Shown here: positions 28,480 to 38,480 of the stretch, piece by piece | How the letters are laid out: each line of letters starts with the position of its first letter | Position numbering within the stretch: position 1 is the stretch's first letter | Assembly (NCBI GenBank): GCA_031385045.1 | Contig: JANNBC010000010.1 | Span: forward strand, 43,293 to 107,292 | Direction: 5' to 3' | DNA length: 64,000 nt | Source: a bacterium | Lineage (GTDB): Bacteria > Bdellovibrionota_C > UBA2361 > CALJRW01 | Position numbers and translations under genes: made by a program | The notes under the pieces: generated by a model | The model's database searches: none | The model's input: only the letters and a program-made list of their open reading frames with translations | What the model was told of the DNA's origin: nothing

Positions 28480-29280
28480 TTGATTAATTTCGATAAAAAC
28501 TCCTTCCAGCACTGTTTTGTAGATTGGCATGTGCATTTCTATCCAAATTATGACTATGCTCGAGCTATTGGAGCTGTTTTTAGTAAGCTTAAAGAGTATC
28601 GTAAGCAAGTTGCCGTAGAAAGTGGGGCGCTAGCAATTTTAGTTCTAACGGAACGGGACGATTGTACTTTTTATGGAGACTTAGCCAGTTATTTCATAGA
28701 CTTAGGCCCTGCTTTTAAAATAAGCAAATTAGATCTTGGTGTGTTGATCTATAATGCCGAAGATTCGCTAGTAATTTTCCCTGGTCGGCAGATTAATACT
28801 AAGGAGCGAGTGGAGTTACTAAGTCTAGGTAGTGATCACTTGATTCCCTCAGGCTTAGATTTAGCAACTACCCTGCAAAAAATCATTGCTGGTTCGGGGC
28901 TTCCCGTCATTAATTGGGCACCTGGGAAATGGTTATTCACTAGAGGTCGTTTGATTAAAAAGTTAATCCTAAATTCTAAGGGTAATCTATTTCTTTGTGA
29001 TACCAGCCTTCGTCCTAAATACTTTCCTAGACCAAGCTTAATGCGCTTAGCCGAGTCTAGGGGCATTCCTGTGATTAATGGTTCTGATCCCTTGCCCCAT
29101 GAAGATGAGCAGGGGCTAATCTTTTCATACCTTGCCTATTATCAGGTGGAGTTTAATCTAGCAGAGCCCTTAGAAAGTTTTAAAAAATTAATTATCCAAA
29201 AACCTCAGCAACTCTTAGGTGCGAGGTCCTCACTTTGGCAATTATTTCAAAGACTAAAACGTTATAAATCTAAAAGTTAA
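28480..29280 (+). CDS. PHP-domain-like metal-dependent hydrolase
   Basis: DWHVH at the N-terminus, VLTE, E..E and GSDPLP near the C-terminus. Confidence 0.6.
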   Translation: MINFDKNSFQHCFVDWHVHFYPNYDYARAIGAVFSKLKEYRKQVAVESGALAILVLTERDDCTFYGDLASYFIDLGPAFKISKLDLGVLIYNAEDSLVIFPGRQINTKERVELLSLGSDHLIPSGLDLATTLQKIIAGSGLPVINWAPGKWLFTRGRLIKKLILNSKGNLFLCDTSLRPKYFPRPSLMRLAESRGIPVINGSDPLPHEDEQGLIFSYLAYYQVEFNLAEPLESFKKLIIQKPQQLLGARSSLWQLFQRLKRYKSKS

Positions 29281-29285
29281 ATCTT

Positions 29286-30320
29286 ATGCTTGAATCTCAG
29301 CGTTCGTTTAAATCTGATAATTATTCTGGAATTCACCCCGAGGTTTTACAGGCGATAGTTGAAGCTAATCAAGGGCATGCCACTGCCTATGCCGAAGACT
29401 CTCTAAGTATTGAGGTCAAGGCTTTAATCCAAAAAATATTTCAGAAGCCTTGTGAGGTAGTTTATGTGCTAAATGGCACTGGTGCCAATGTTTTATCATT
29501 AAAACTTTGTTTGCGACCGGGGGAGTCAGTACTACTTGCTGATTCTTCACATTTAAATGTTAATGAAAGTGGAGCACCAGAGTCGGTAACAGGAGCTAAA
29601 TTATTAGCAGTGAAAACAAACTCTAATTCAAAAATTACTCCCGAGGCAGTTCGCAAAAAATATCAAGCAGAAACTTTAAACTCTTATCATGCAACCTTGC
29701 CTAAAGTCTTATCAATTTCTCAAGCAACGGAATTAGGGACAGTTTATTCGATTGCCGAATTGCAAGCTTTAAAGACTTTATGTCTAGAGCTTGATTTATA
29801 TCTGCATATTGATGCTTGTCGTATTTATAACGCAGCTGAATATTTAAAGGTGGAATTATCAGAAATTACTTCCCAAGTCGGCGCCGATCTAATTAGTTTT
29901 GGGGGGACAAAAAATGGAGCGATGTTAGCAGAGGCTGTGGTAATTTTTAACCCGGAACTACAAAAAAACTATCGTTATATTCAAAAAAATACTTTGCAAC
30001 TTTATTCTAAAAATCGTTATGCAGCGGCACAATACAAAGCTTTGCTACAAAATGATCTCTGGCTGCGATCGGCAAGGCAAGCAAACTCTTTGGCGCGGAA
30101 TTTAGAAAAACAAATTCTTAGCATTCCTAATTTAAAGGTTGTTTATCCAGTTGAGGCAAATATGTTGTTCTTGGAGACGACTAGAGAGTTAGCTAATCTT
30201 TTGCTAGCAAAAGGACTTTGTTATCTCTGGTCAGAAGATCCTTGCGTCGTCCGTTTGGTTTTAAGTTTTGATAATACAGAGGCAGATCTGATTGAATTAT
30301 TAAATCTGATTAATTCCTAA
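29286..30320 (+). CDS. ltaE: Low-specificity L-threonine aldolase
   Basis: FKSDNYSG.HP, NGTGAN, HLN..E, TELGTVY, LHIDACR, PLP Lys in GGTKNG. Confidence 0.9.
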   Translation: MLESQRSFKSDNYSGIHPEVLQAIVEANQGHATAYAEDSLSIEVKALIQKIFQKPCEVVYVLNGTGANVLSLKLCLRPGESVLLADSSHLNVNESGAPESVTGAKLLAVKTNSNSKITPEAVRKKYQAETLNSYHATLPKVLSISQATELGTVYSIAELQALKTLCLELDLYLHIDACRIYNAAEYLKVELSEITSQVGADLISFGGTKNGAMLAEAVVIFNPELQKNYRYIQKNTLQLYSKNRYAAAQYKALLQNDLWLRSARQANSLARNLEKQILSIPNLKVVYPVEANMLFLETTRELANLLLAKGLCYLWSEDPCVVRLVLSFDNTEADLIELLNLINS

Positions 30321-31225
30321 TCTAATTCTAAAACCTGCTCTTTTTTCTTTTCAGCTCGGGAGACTAATCCTGAAGTAATAATTACAATTAGTGCTCCAAT
30401 AATCTGCCAGAAGCCTAGTCTTTCTCCAAAAAAGACCCAAGCAATCGGGACAGCAATTAATGGACCAGTTGCTCTAAGGGCAGAAGACTTCCAGCCATCT
30501 AGTCCTTGAAGGGAAGCGTAGAGCAGAGGAATTGCAATTACATAAAACATGATCGCGTGAATTCCAATATATCCCCAACCTGCTAAGTGATCCGCCGTGA
30601 AAATTAGCGGACAGAAAAATAATGCCAGTGGTGCCGTTAGTAGACCTCCAGCAGTCTCAGTAATTGTTGATGTTTGAACTGGGGTTAAGAATTTAGTCAC
30701 TTGCGGTGCATAACGATAGGAAAGACCTGCCGTGATTACAGCTATAATAATAATTAAGTCTCCAAAATCCACACCACTAACCATAGTTACTTCTCCCATA
30801 GACAGTAAAGCTGCTCCAAGAATATGAATAACTAATAAAAGTAAATGCTTATTGGAGGGTCGTTTTCCATCTAAAACCCAGACCCAGAAAATTACTAAGT
30901 AGGGTTCCATTTTTGTCAGGATTACTGCTTTAATTCCTGAGCTCATGGAAAGTCCAATTGTAAATAAAATATTAGAAACAACCGGTCGGCAAAGAGTTAG
31001 TTTGCAGAGAGGGATGATTACTTGGCGAATATTTTGCCATTTAGGAATTTGTTTCCGAATAATTAAATAACTCCAAGAGATAATACCTGCAAATAAAACA
31101 CCAACTGTTGCCGCTAGGACTGGATCGATCACGGCAACCCCTTGTACCTTAAACAAGGTCGAAGTGCTGGAGAGGCAACTAGAGAGAATTGCAAATAGAA
31201 TATATCGAGATGAATTTTGAGACAT
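30317..31225 (-). CDS. EamA/DMT family transporter (start at 31225, coupled to the upstream stop as TAATG)
   Basis: About 10 TMs in two repeats, FGERL.FWQIIGA; MSQNSS start overlaps the TAA of the upstream gene. Confidence 0.85.
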   Translation of the reverse strand: MSQNSSRYILFAILSSCLSSTSTLFKVQGVAVIDPVLAATVGVLFAGIISWSYLIIRKQIPKWQNIRQVIIPLCKLTLCRPVVSNILFTIGLSMSSGIKAVILTKMEPYLVIFWVWVLDGKRPSNKHLLLLVIHILGAALLSMGEVTMVSGVDFGDLIIIIAVITAGLSYRYAPQVTKFLTPVQTSTITETAGGLLTAPLALFFCPLIFTADHLAGWGYIGIHAIMFYVIAIPLLYASLQGLDGWKSSALRATGPLIAVPIAWVFFGERLGFWQIIGALIVIITSGLVSRAEKKKEQVLELD

Positions 31226-34200
31226 TAGACAAGATGTTTTGCTAAAGAGTCTTTGTTGGGGAGTCGTTCTTTTGAAGAGTTCTTCGGAGTTTGTTTTTTT
31301 AGTAGCAGTTTTTTTGCAAAATAAGAATAACAAATTTTTTTGATACCAGTAAGCTTTTGATTAGTTAGTAAGGGGCGTCCCTCCCTATCTATTTCATCTT
31401 CTAAGGCTACTTCGGCTATATTCATTTGCATTAGGATTTGCATGAAAAATAATAGTTGTTCATCTTCCCAGCTTTTTTGAGAAGTGAAGACTCTTAAGAA
31501 GTTTACTTTTATAATCCTCATTAGTCTTATTTCGGTTAGCGCTCGTGGTGTTAGCTCTGCTTCTATTTTGTTGTCTGCTAGTATTAAATCTTGTAAATCT
31601 GAAATTTCATAATTTAGAATTTGTTGAGTGATCTTAAAAATTTCTGTTTTTGATTTATCCCTCAGTGGCTCTAGCGCTGAGAGTAGATCTAGTTTGTCGG
31701 CAAGAATCCGTTTTAAATCTTGCAAATCTCCAAGTAGGGCTAGGATTTCAACTCTTGGCTGTGGGTTGTCAATTTGAGTAGGAGAATTCGGAATAATAAT
31801 TTCGCTTACAGAAATTTTATTTAGAAGTAAGATGGTCTGGAGTAAGATATCTAGTTCTTTTAAGGGAGCTAATGGTTTGTTTAAAGTTAACTCTAGATCT
31901 TTTAGAATGATTTTTTCTAGAATTTGAATTAAGTCTTCACCTGCTAATTCTGCCGTTAGTAGTTTTTTTAGAACTGGTTCTTCTACTAAAAGTAATTCTA
32001 ATTTTAGGATTAATTCTTCTAGTTTTGGTTCAGTGCTTAATCGCTTTGGTGCCAAGAGCAACTCAGCTTCACTAATTGCAAGTGGAGTGCCACGGATACT
32101 AGCTTCTGGAGAAGCTAATCCCGAGGTAGTTTCTAATATTCTCTGGTAGATAGTTTTTGTTATTATTTCTAAATCTTCTTCTTTGAAGTCGGTAATCTCT
32201 TTAGTTTTATTAGTATCTAAGGAGTCTTTAATTTCAGTTATTAGCTCCATTAGTAATTTTTTAGGACAACTTTCTAGAAATTCTAATATTCTTTCTGCGT
32301 CTTGGAGCCCATCTTCTGTAATCTTAGGGTCTGGGCAACTCTCAATCAGTAGGATTAAGTTTTGTTTTGCTATCTGAGCTTCTATCGGAATATCTGTCTC
32401 TGGTAAATTTATTAATGTAGCTAGGGCTTTTGCAAGGTTTGGTAAAAACTCTTCGCTAGCTACTTCAATAATTAAATCACCTTCTGAAGAAATAGTTGTG
32501 AGTCGCGTTGCCAATTCCGAATCGACTATAGTTATTACTTGGTTTGATTGACTTTTTATACTGTCAGGAAGTTGTTCCCCTTTTTCAAAAGCTAGATTTG
32601 CTGTAGTAGATAATTGAGTAGTGCTAAGTTCTAGTAAGTGCTTGGAGTTTAAATCAGGCAAAATCTCTTCCTGCCTATGGATTTCTTGCAGACTATTAAT
32701 TACAAGCGAATCATTACCTTGGCGTAAGCCATTTTCAGGATTGTCTGGCAGATGGTTTTCTTTTTCAAGAGTTGGGTTTGCTGTAGTAGATAATTGAGTA
32801 GTGCTTAGTTCCAGAAATTGTTTGGAGTTTAAATCAGGCAAAATCTCTTCCTGCCTTTGTATTTCTTGCAGACTATTAATTACAAGCGAATCTTTACCTT
32901 GGGGTAAGTCATTTTCAGGATTGTCTGGCAGATGGTTTTCTTTTTCAAGAGTTAGATTTGCCGTCGTGGGAAGTACAGTTGAGATTTGATCCAGTAGTTG
33001 TTGAGAGTTTGATTCCGGCACTACTTCAGCTCGTCTAATTATTTCTGGTCGGCTATTACTCGCTAGTGGATCGGCGTCTGTTTGATTATTAACCTGGGCA
33101 TCTCTAGCATTTATTAATGATGTAGTTGGAAGTATTGACTGAGTTACAACTACTTCTACTAATTGCTTCAAGTCTGAATCTATTGGTAGCTGTTCCGATT
33201 TCACTTTTTCAAGTAGCTGTCTTTCTTTCTTATTAGAAGGAGGAGGCTCTCCTTCTGAGGGATCTTTTGCTAGATTTAAGGGTGTCGCTTTTTCTGAGGG
33301 TAAATCAAAAAGCGAAGTTGTTGTTCTTAGGGGAATTATTTGTGGGCTGATGAACTCCGGCTCTTTGGTTCTTAGCAACTCTGTTGCGGGCACTTTCAGA
33401 TCTGCTACTTCGCTAATTATTTTTGCTGGTAGTTCTTGTGATGAAGCTAAGGGACTGACGACAGAAGCTTGTGGGGTAATAATAGTTTTAAATTCAATTA
33501 AGGGATCAGATGCTTTTAATTCAAAAACTAAAGGGAGTGCTTCATTAAAATTTATATGCTGATTTGTAGGTGGAACGGCATTAAGGATCTTAGGAGTCTC
33601 TGTGTCATTTGATGATAGGTCTTGTCGCGCTATGGTTTCATTTGGGAGCATGACAGTTGTTTTTATCTGTAGAGATGGGGAGGTGTCTTCTATTGATAGC
33701 GTAGTAGGTTGAATTTTAGACTTTGGGTTTGTTGGTTCTATTTGTAATTCAGATTTATCCTTAGAGTTGGCGGCCGTAAGACTTTCTGGAGTAATTAGTA
33801 TTTGTCTTGACTCTAAAGCTTGAAAGTTGGGACTTTCTTTTGAAGCTACAGGCACTACTTCTTTTTCTGGCTTTTCTAAGTACTTTGTCTCGGATTCTTT
33901 CTTTGCTTGTCCTGAGGTTTTTATTTCACTTGTCGCGATAGATTCGGGAGTATCATTAGCATTTAAGTTAGAAATATTTTTTTCTTTTATCTCAGGTTTA
34001 CTTTCTTTTTCAGGGATAGCTATTTCTTTGGTACTCTTAGTAATTTCTCTCTTGGCTGTCTGAGTTGTTCCTTCATTTATTGATTGTTGGGGGGGGGATA
34101 ATTCTTGTTGGCGATTAATTGTTGGAAGGGTTGCATCGCTTGGAATTTCTATGGAATAAAATTGAACACTTAATCCCTTGTGACTAGCAACCTCTTGAAT

Positions 34201-34569
34201 TCTTTTTTGGGGAATTTGCTCAAAAGATACTGCTAGAATGCCATTTGTTAGAAGTGAGTTATGGTTTTGTAAGCTTAGTTCGGTTAAAATGCCTGTGTCA
34301 CCGGAGAAGGCTTCATTGATAATGCGACCCGAGGAATCTTTTTTAAAATTATTTACTAAGCTGTATTTGTCTGAGAAGACTAAAGTTTGCGAGGCGTTCC
34401 CTGATTCTAAGGCTTCTAGTGCCTGAGTAAGTTGAGCTAAATATTCTGGGGGTTCATTTTTATTAACTTCACTAAGCTTTTCTCCAAAGCAGTACCATTC
34501 GCCATCAATTTTGCGATAATCAATTGTTTCACTACTTGGTGTTTTGGTAGCAATTTCTGGTTCTGGCAT
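31225..34569 (-). CDS. Large acidic low-complexity hypothetical protein with an internal 60-aa repeat
   Basis: 1114-aa open frame with a P/S/T/E-rich middle and Leu/Glu-rich helical C-terminus. Confidence 0.75.
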   Translation of the reverse strand: MPEPEIATKTPSSETIDYRKIDGEWYCFGEKLSEVNKNEPPEYLAQLTQALEALESGNASQTLVFSDKYSLVNNFKKDSSGRIINEAFSGDTGILTELSLQNHNSLLTNGILAVSFEQIPQKRIQEVASHKGLSVQFYSIEIPSDATLPTINRQQELSPPQQSINEGTTQTAKREITKSTKEIAIPEKESKPEIKEKNISNLNANDTPESIATSEIKTSGQAKKESETKYLEKPEKEVVPVASKESPNFQALESRQILITPESLTAANSKDKSELQIEPTNPKSKIQPTTLSIEDTSPSLQIKTTVMLPNETIARQDLSSNDTETPKILNAVPPTNQHINFNEALPLVFELKASDPLIEFKTIITPQASVVSPLASSQELPAKIISEVADLKVPATELLRTKEPEFISPQIIPLRTTTSLFDLPSEKATPLNLAKDPSEGEPPPSNKKERQLLEKVKSEQLPIDSDLKQLVEVVVTQSILPTTSLINARDAQVNNQTDADPLASNSRPEIIRRAEVVPESNSQQLLDQISTVLPTTANLTLEKENHLPDNPENDLPQGKDSLVINSLQEIQRQEEILPDLNSKQFLELSTTQLSTTANPTLEKENHLPDNPENGLRQGNDSLVINSLQEIHRQEEILPDLNSKHLLELSTTQLSTTANLAFEKGEQLPDSIKSQSNQVITIVDSELATRLTTISSEGDLIIEVASEEFLPNLAKALATLINLPETDIPIEAQIAKQNLILLIESCPDPKITEDGLQDAERILEFLESCPKKLLMELITEIKDSLDTNKTKEITDFKEEDLEIITKTIYQRILETTSGLASPEASIRGTPLAISEAELLLAPKRLSTEPKLEELILKLELLLVEEPVLKKLLTAELAGEDLIQILEKIILKDLELTLNKPLAPLKELDILLQTILLLNKISVSEIIIPNSPTQIDNPQPRVEILALLGDLQDLKRILADKLDLLSALEPLRDKSKTEIFKITQQILNYEISDLQDLILADNKIEAELTPRALTEIRLMRIIKVNFLRVFTSQKSWEDEQLLFFMQILMQMNIAEVALEDEIDREGRPLLTNQKLTGIKKICYSYFAKKLLLKKQTPKNSSKERLPNKDSLAKHLV
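32581..32965 (-). repeat. 180-bp in-frame tandem repeat (just over 2 copies)
   Basis: TTGGAGTTTAAATCAGGCAAAATCTCTTCCTGCCT at 32642 and 32822; peptide TTAN.TLEKENHLPDNPEN...ELSTTQLS repeated. Confidence 0.92.
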
Positions 34570-34715
34570 TAACCCTCATTTTTCATCAGTGCACGTAGTA
34601 GTGCTTTACCGATAACACACTGTAATTTTTAAAAATTTATTAATCTCTCATAGCTCATCGGGATTAGAAAGAAATTTTATTTCTTTCTAATCACTGATGA
34701 AATATGTGGGTTAAT
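34568..34715. mobile_element. MITE-like palindromic element
   Basis: 24-bp inverted ends (34568-34591 and 34692-34715, 2 mismatches) and an internal perfect 14-bp stem at 34662-34692. Confidence 0.55.
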
Positions 34716-34766
34716 ACCAGTTATAGCATAACTCATTTTTTGAGCTAATTTTCTGATTTTGGTCAA

Positions 34767-37100
34767 TTAGTATTTAGGTACAGCTACTGGAAGTAGTTTA
34801 GCACTAATTAGTTCTGCTCTTCTAGGGCCGTAGTTTTGCGATGAGGCAATAAAATTATTATTACAGGCAACCCGTGCCCTAACTAAGTTGCACTCTCTTG
34901 GAGTATTGCTTTGCTCCACCTGTAAAGGATCGTCAATTTGAAATAGCCAAGGGTTCGGACCAGCAACTGTCTCTTCAATCTCTGGCATTTTAATATCACT
35001 AGCAAGCGACTGATACTTTAAATGATAGTCGTGAAAATTTGGAAAGTCTAAATCAGGATTAGCGGTTGTGCTTACAGCGGAGCTTGGTGTTGTGTAAGTA
35101 TAAGAATGTAATTGTAATGCTGGTGCTACGGGAGGGGTAGGATTAGCTGGCCCAATATCTAAATCAAAAATATCAATATCTACAAATCCTATGATTTGAT
35201 AAGGAGCGTCGATATTAATACTTGGTTTTGATTTGTTTCTTCCAATGCAAGGCGAGGCATATTGACCTACTTCGGCAATGATTGGGATTTTAGTTTGCCA
35301 GATATTATTTAGTTTGTCAGGGTTTTTTGGTTTGGGAGTAACGGTAAAGGATTGTCCAGTATAATCTTTAAATTCATCTTGTTTATTTGGAGTGTATTCG
35401 CTTGGCTCAAAATGTTTTTTTTGTTCATTAAGATCAGTTAAGCAGCCGGCCACATTACTAGCCGTTAGCAGATCTGTTCCATTGCAATCGAGTTTCATTC
35501 TTCTTGATTGGCATAATCCATTACTAAATTGATCGCGAAGTAATGTTGGATAGCTAATTTGATCTATCTTTGTAGGGTCGTTATTTTCCAGTCTGGCTTC
35601 GTTAAAGAATATCTTAGCTGGTTTGGTAAATAAATTTGTTGCTAGGTTAATAGGAGGAAGGATATTAACTGGCAGTCTTGTATAGGGAAGTGGCCTGTCA
35701 GGTAGTAACTCTAAATTTGGAAAGTTGGCTAGACTGGCAAGCCCTAAAGTTCGATTAGAACTCATTGTGATTTCATTCTGCAGAAAATCCAATTTCCCAA
35801 AGAAGTAAGAAGTTTTCGCTTGTTTTTGAGTCATAATATCCCAGATGGCATCCCCACTAATTTTATGGGTTAATCCCTGATGGAAAATATTAAATTCTTG
35901 ACCAATCACTGCCTCTGTTTGATTAAAATAGATTAAATCCATAGCTAGCTGAGATTCGCTGGTAACATTAATCTTAGTTGATCCAACAACGCCATAATGA
36001 TCGCTGATGTGGCTGTAGGCATAATTGCTCCAACCACCAAAGGTTTTATACTCATTACTATAGCTAGAATTGTCCGGATCTAAGCTATAGTTTAATTCTC
36101 GCTTAATATTACATTCATTAATATCTTTACTACATGGCCCATAGAAAAAAGATGGTCTAACGCCAAATAGATTCTTTTTAAATGCTTCTGATCTTTTCTG
36201 TTCAGCATCAGCACGATCTTTATATCCGTAATAACTCAGGTAGTCGTTGGCAACTCCATTTTTTGGCTTGATAAATGGACCCACGCCTTCCAAGGCTTCC
36301 TCGTAGCTAACTGAGAATGGTAAGAAGTTTTTTACTGCTGGTAGGTAACGATCTGATCTTGTAAACAATCGATCGCCGTAACAAATATCTGCCGGGTTAA
36401 AACTACCTTCTTCGTTTAGTAAAGCACAGGCTGGAATAGCAAAAGGAGCAATTGGAACGTTATTAATTGGACCAGAGCGAGCTATCGCTTTTGCTTTAAT
36501 TAATGCTGAGTTAGAATTTCCAACTTCGAAGCCCACAATGCTACTAATACCTTTAAGTGTCATTTCCACGACTAAAGAATTAATTACTAATTGTGCTGGG
36601 ATTCCAGGGTTCTCCTCCTGCCATAGAAGATTCACTTCTTCAAAGTACTGCTTGTCAGTCTCTGGTTTTTCTCGACTAATCCAGCCATGGTAAATTACTA
36701 CTTCTAGATCATTATCTTCAGATATATAGCTCGTACGATTCGTTTTAGATTGCGGATTAACAGGTGGTAGAACTTTTAATGAGATTTGATGATAGCCTTT
36801 GTTATGTAAACTAAAGTTATGACCAATTGTTGTTAGCGCCGCCTTATAGGCATTTTCTAGGCAGGCATCTTCTGGGCAAAGTTGTTGAGTGCCAGCAATT
36901 GCCGCTGCTTCAGCAATTGATTGGAGCTGAGTATAGGCCGCTAGGCGAGCATTGTTAAAATATAAATATCCAACTGTAGATAGAACTAAGAGAATACTTA
37001 CTGCCATCCAGATAAAAAAGCTACCTGATTCATCTTGAGTTCTGATTTGTAGCAAGACACCACTATGATTATTTAAATTATTTTGATAATGGGCAATCAT
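34767..37100 (-). CDS. TadG-like pilus-associated protein with a large Cys-containing C-terminal region
   Basis: DESGS plus TM, QLQSIAEAAAIAG (TadG motif), AKAIA, PFAIPAC and IIGFV. Confidence 0.75.
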   Translation of the reverse strand: MIAHYQNNLNNHSGVLLQIRTQDESGSFFIWMAVSILLVLSTVGYLYFNNARLAAYTQLQSIAEAAAIAGTQQLCPEDACLENAYKAALTTIGHNFSLHNKGYHQISLKVLPPVNPQSKTNRTSYISEDNDLEVVIYHGWISREKPETDKQYFEEVNLLWQEENPGIPAQLVINSLVVEMTLKGISSIVGFEVGNSNSALIKAKAIARSGPINNVPIAPFAIPACALLNEEGSFNPADICYGDRLFTRSDRYLPAVKNFLPFSVSYEEALEGVGPFIKPKNGVANDYLSYYGYKDRADAEQKRSEAFKKNLFGVRPSFFYGPCSKDINECNIKRELNYSLDPDNSSYSNEYKTFGGWSNYAYSHISDHYGVVGSTKINVTSESQLAMDLIYFNQTEAVIGQEFNIFHQGLTHKISGDAIWDIMTQKQAKTSYFFGKLDFLQNEITMSSNRTLGLASLANFPNLELLPDRPLPYTRLPVNILPPINLATNLFTKPAKIFFNEARLENNDPTKIDQISYPTLLRDQFSNGLCQSRRMKLDCNGTDLLTASNVAGCLTDLNEQKKHFEPSEYTPNKQDEFKDYTGQSFTVTPKPKNPDKLNNIWQTKIPIIAEVGQYASPCIGRNKSKPSINIDAPYQIIGFVDIDIFDLDIGPANPTPPVAPALQLHSYTYTTPSSAVSTTANPDLDFPNFHDYHLKYQSLASDIKMPEIEETVAGPNPWLFQIDDPLQVEQSNTPRECNLVRARVACNNNFIASSQNYGPRRAELISAKLLPVAVPKY

Positions 37101-37626
37101 GGTAATTTTTTGGTTCTAAAGTCATAATTCGAAAATATTCTTTGTTATGAATACAGAGAAAGTCAGTCAGGCCAAATGTTAAGGCTCCTATCGTGCAATT
37201 AATTTTAACATTCACAGTAAATGTGAGTAGCACATTCTCTTTTGGGAACTTTGAGGCGATATTATCATCATCAAAATTTCTTAAGCTAGTTTGCCTTGGG
37301 ATACAGATCCGGGCAGTGAATGGAAGAATCTCAGGGCTGACTTCAGTGGTGTGGACTTGAAAATTATTAAGGATATTTTCCCATTTAATTTTTAATTGAT
37401 CGGCTTCAATCAACTTCCCATTTATGTCGACCATCGGTAATAACTCCCCAGTTGCTACGTCTAAAAGCAATTCTTCTGTTACATAATTAATCGATGCTTT
37501 ATCAATAAAAATCAAACTAAGCTGAATTGTTGTAAACAAGACACTAGCAAAAATTGGAAAGATCAAAGCGAACTCAATAAAAGCAGCGCCCTTGATGGAA
37601 TTAGTTTTGCTTAAGTCCTGGAACAT
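37078..37626 (-). CDS. TadE-like pseudopilin
   Basis: KGAAFIEFALIFP prepilin motif. Confidence 0.85.
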   Translation of the reverse strand: MFQDLSKTNSIKGAAFIEFALIFPIFASVLFTTIQLSLIFIDKASINYVTEELLLDVATGELLPMVDINGKLIEADQLKIKWENILNNFQVHTTEVSPEILPFTARICIPRQTSLRNFDDDNIASKFPKENVLLTFTVNVKINCTIGALTFGLTDFLCIHNKEYFRIMTLEPKNYHDCPLSK

Positions 37627-38330
37627 TATGTACGCTCACAAAAAGTATTACTGGCGGCAATGCTTTCTGCTACTGGTTTCCATTGATAAGGAGTATAGCC
37701 AGTCATTCTTGGGCATCCCTCGGAACTATTTATACCTCCAGGTTTTAATGGATTTGAGGGGCTCAGTGTTTTAGCTGTATTAAATTTACCCACAAGATCG
37801 TCTCGGTCAAAGCTTGTTGGAATTGGTGTGAGGAGTGTCTGGCAATTTTTATTTGAGCCAGAGATCCCTAGGATGGAGGTTGGCTCTTTGAGTTTAATAC
37901 CCATCCAGACATAGCCGGTGATTATTTGAAAATTATTTTGAGCAGTACTGCCGATTGCATCGGCATAAAGGTCAACTTTAATAGTATAATCATCGAGGTT
38001 TAAGTTTGAATCGCTTAATTTTAGAAAGTCTTTAATTAGTTTCTTTATCTGACTATCCTCTGAGTTGGTATCTTGTGTTAGGTCTTTTAGGGTGTCCTCG
38101 TCATCTGGAAGAAATTCAATGTTTTGTAGTGTGTCATCGTTGCTACAACTTGATGCTTCGCTAATTCCAACAGCCGTTTGCTGAAGAATTCGGCTTAAAT
38201 CGGCATTTTTCTTTAAATATCCAGAAAATTCGATAATTCCAAAGGTTGCTAGGATTAGAAAGGAGGTTGCAACAACCCCCTCAATCATTACACCGCCAAA
38301 TTCTGAAAGGTTTCCTTTTGATTTAAACAC
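37626..38330 (-). CDS. TadE/TadF-like pseudopilin
   Basis: GGVMIEGVVA...FGIIEF prepilin motif; coupled to the next gene. Confidence 0.75.
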   Translation of the reverse strand: MFKSKGNLSEFGGVMIEGVVATSFLILATFGIIEFSGYLKKNADLSRILQQTAVGISEASSCSNDDTLQNIEFLPDDEDTLKDLTQDTNSEDSQIKKLIKDFLKLSDSNLNLDDYTIKVDLYADAIGSTAQNNFQIITGYVWMGIKLKEPTSILGISGSNKNCQTLLTPIPTSFDRDDLVGKFNTAKTLSPSNPLKPGGINSSEGCPRMTGYTPYQWKPVAESIAASNTFCERT

Positions 38331-38480
38331 AGTTAATATTGTAGAATTCTATAGTGATAAGGATCATAAATTATTTCTTATTTTTACTATATCACTTACA
38401 TAAAGGTAAGATGATATTTAGATGCACCAAAATCCAATTCGGCTTTTGATACGTGTCGACTGTTTTTTAAAGAATGTTTA

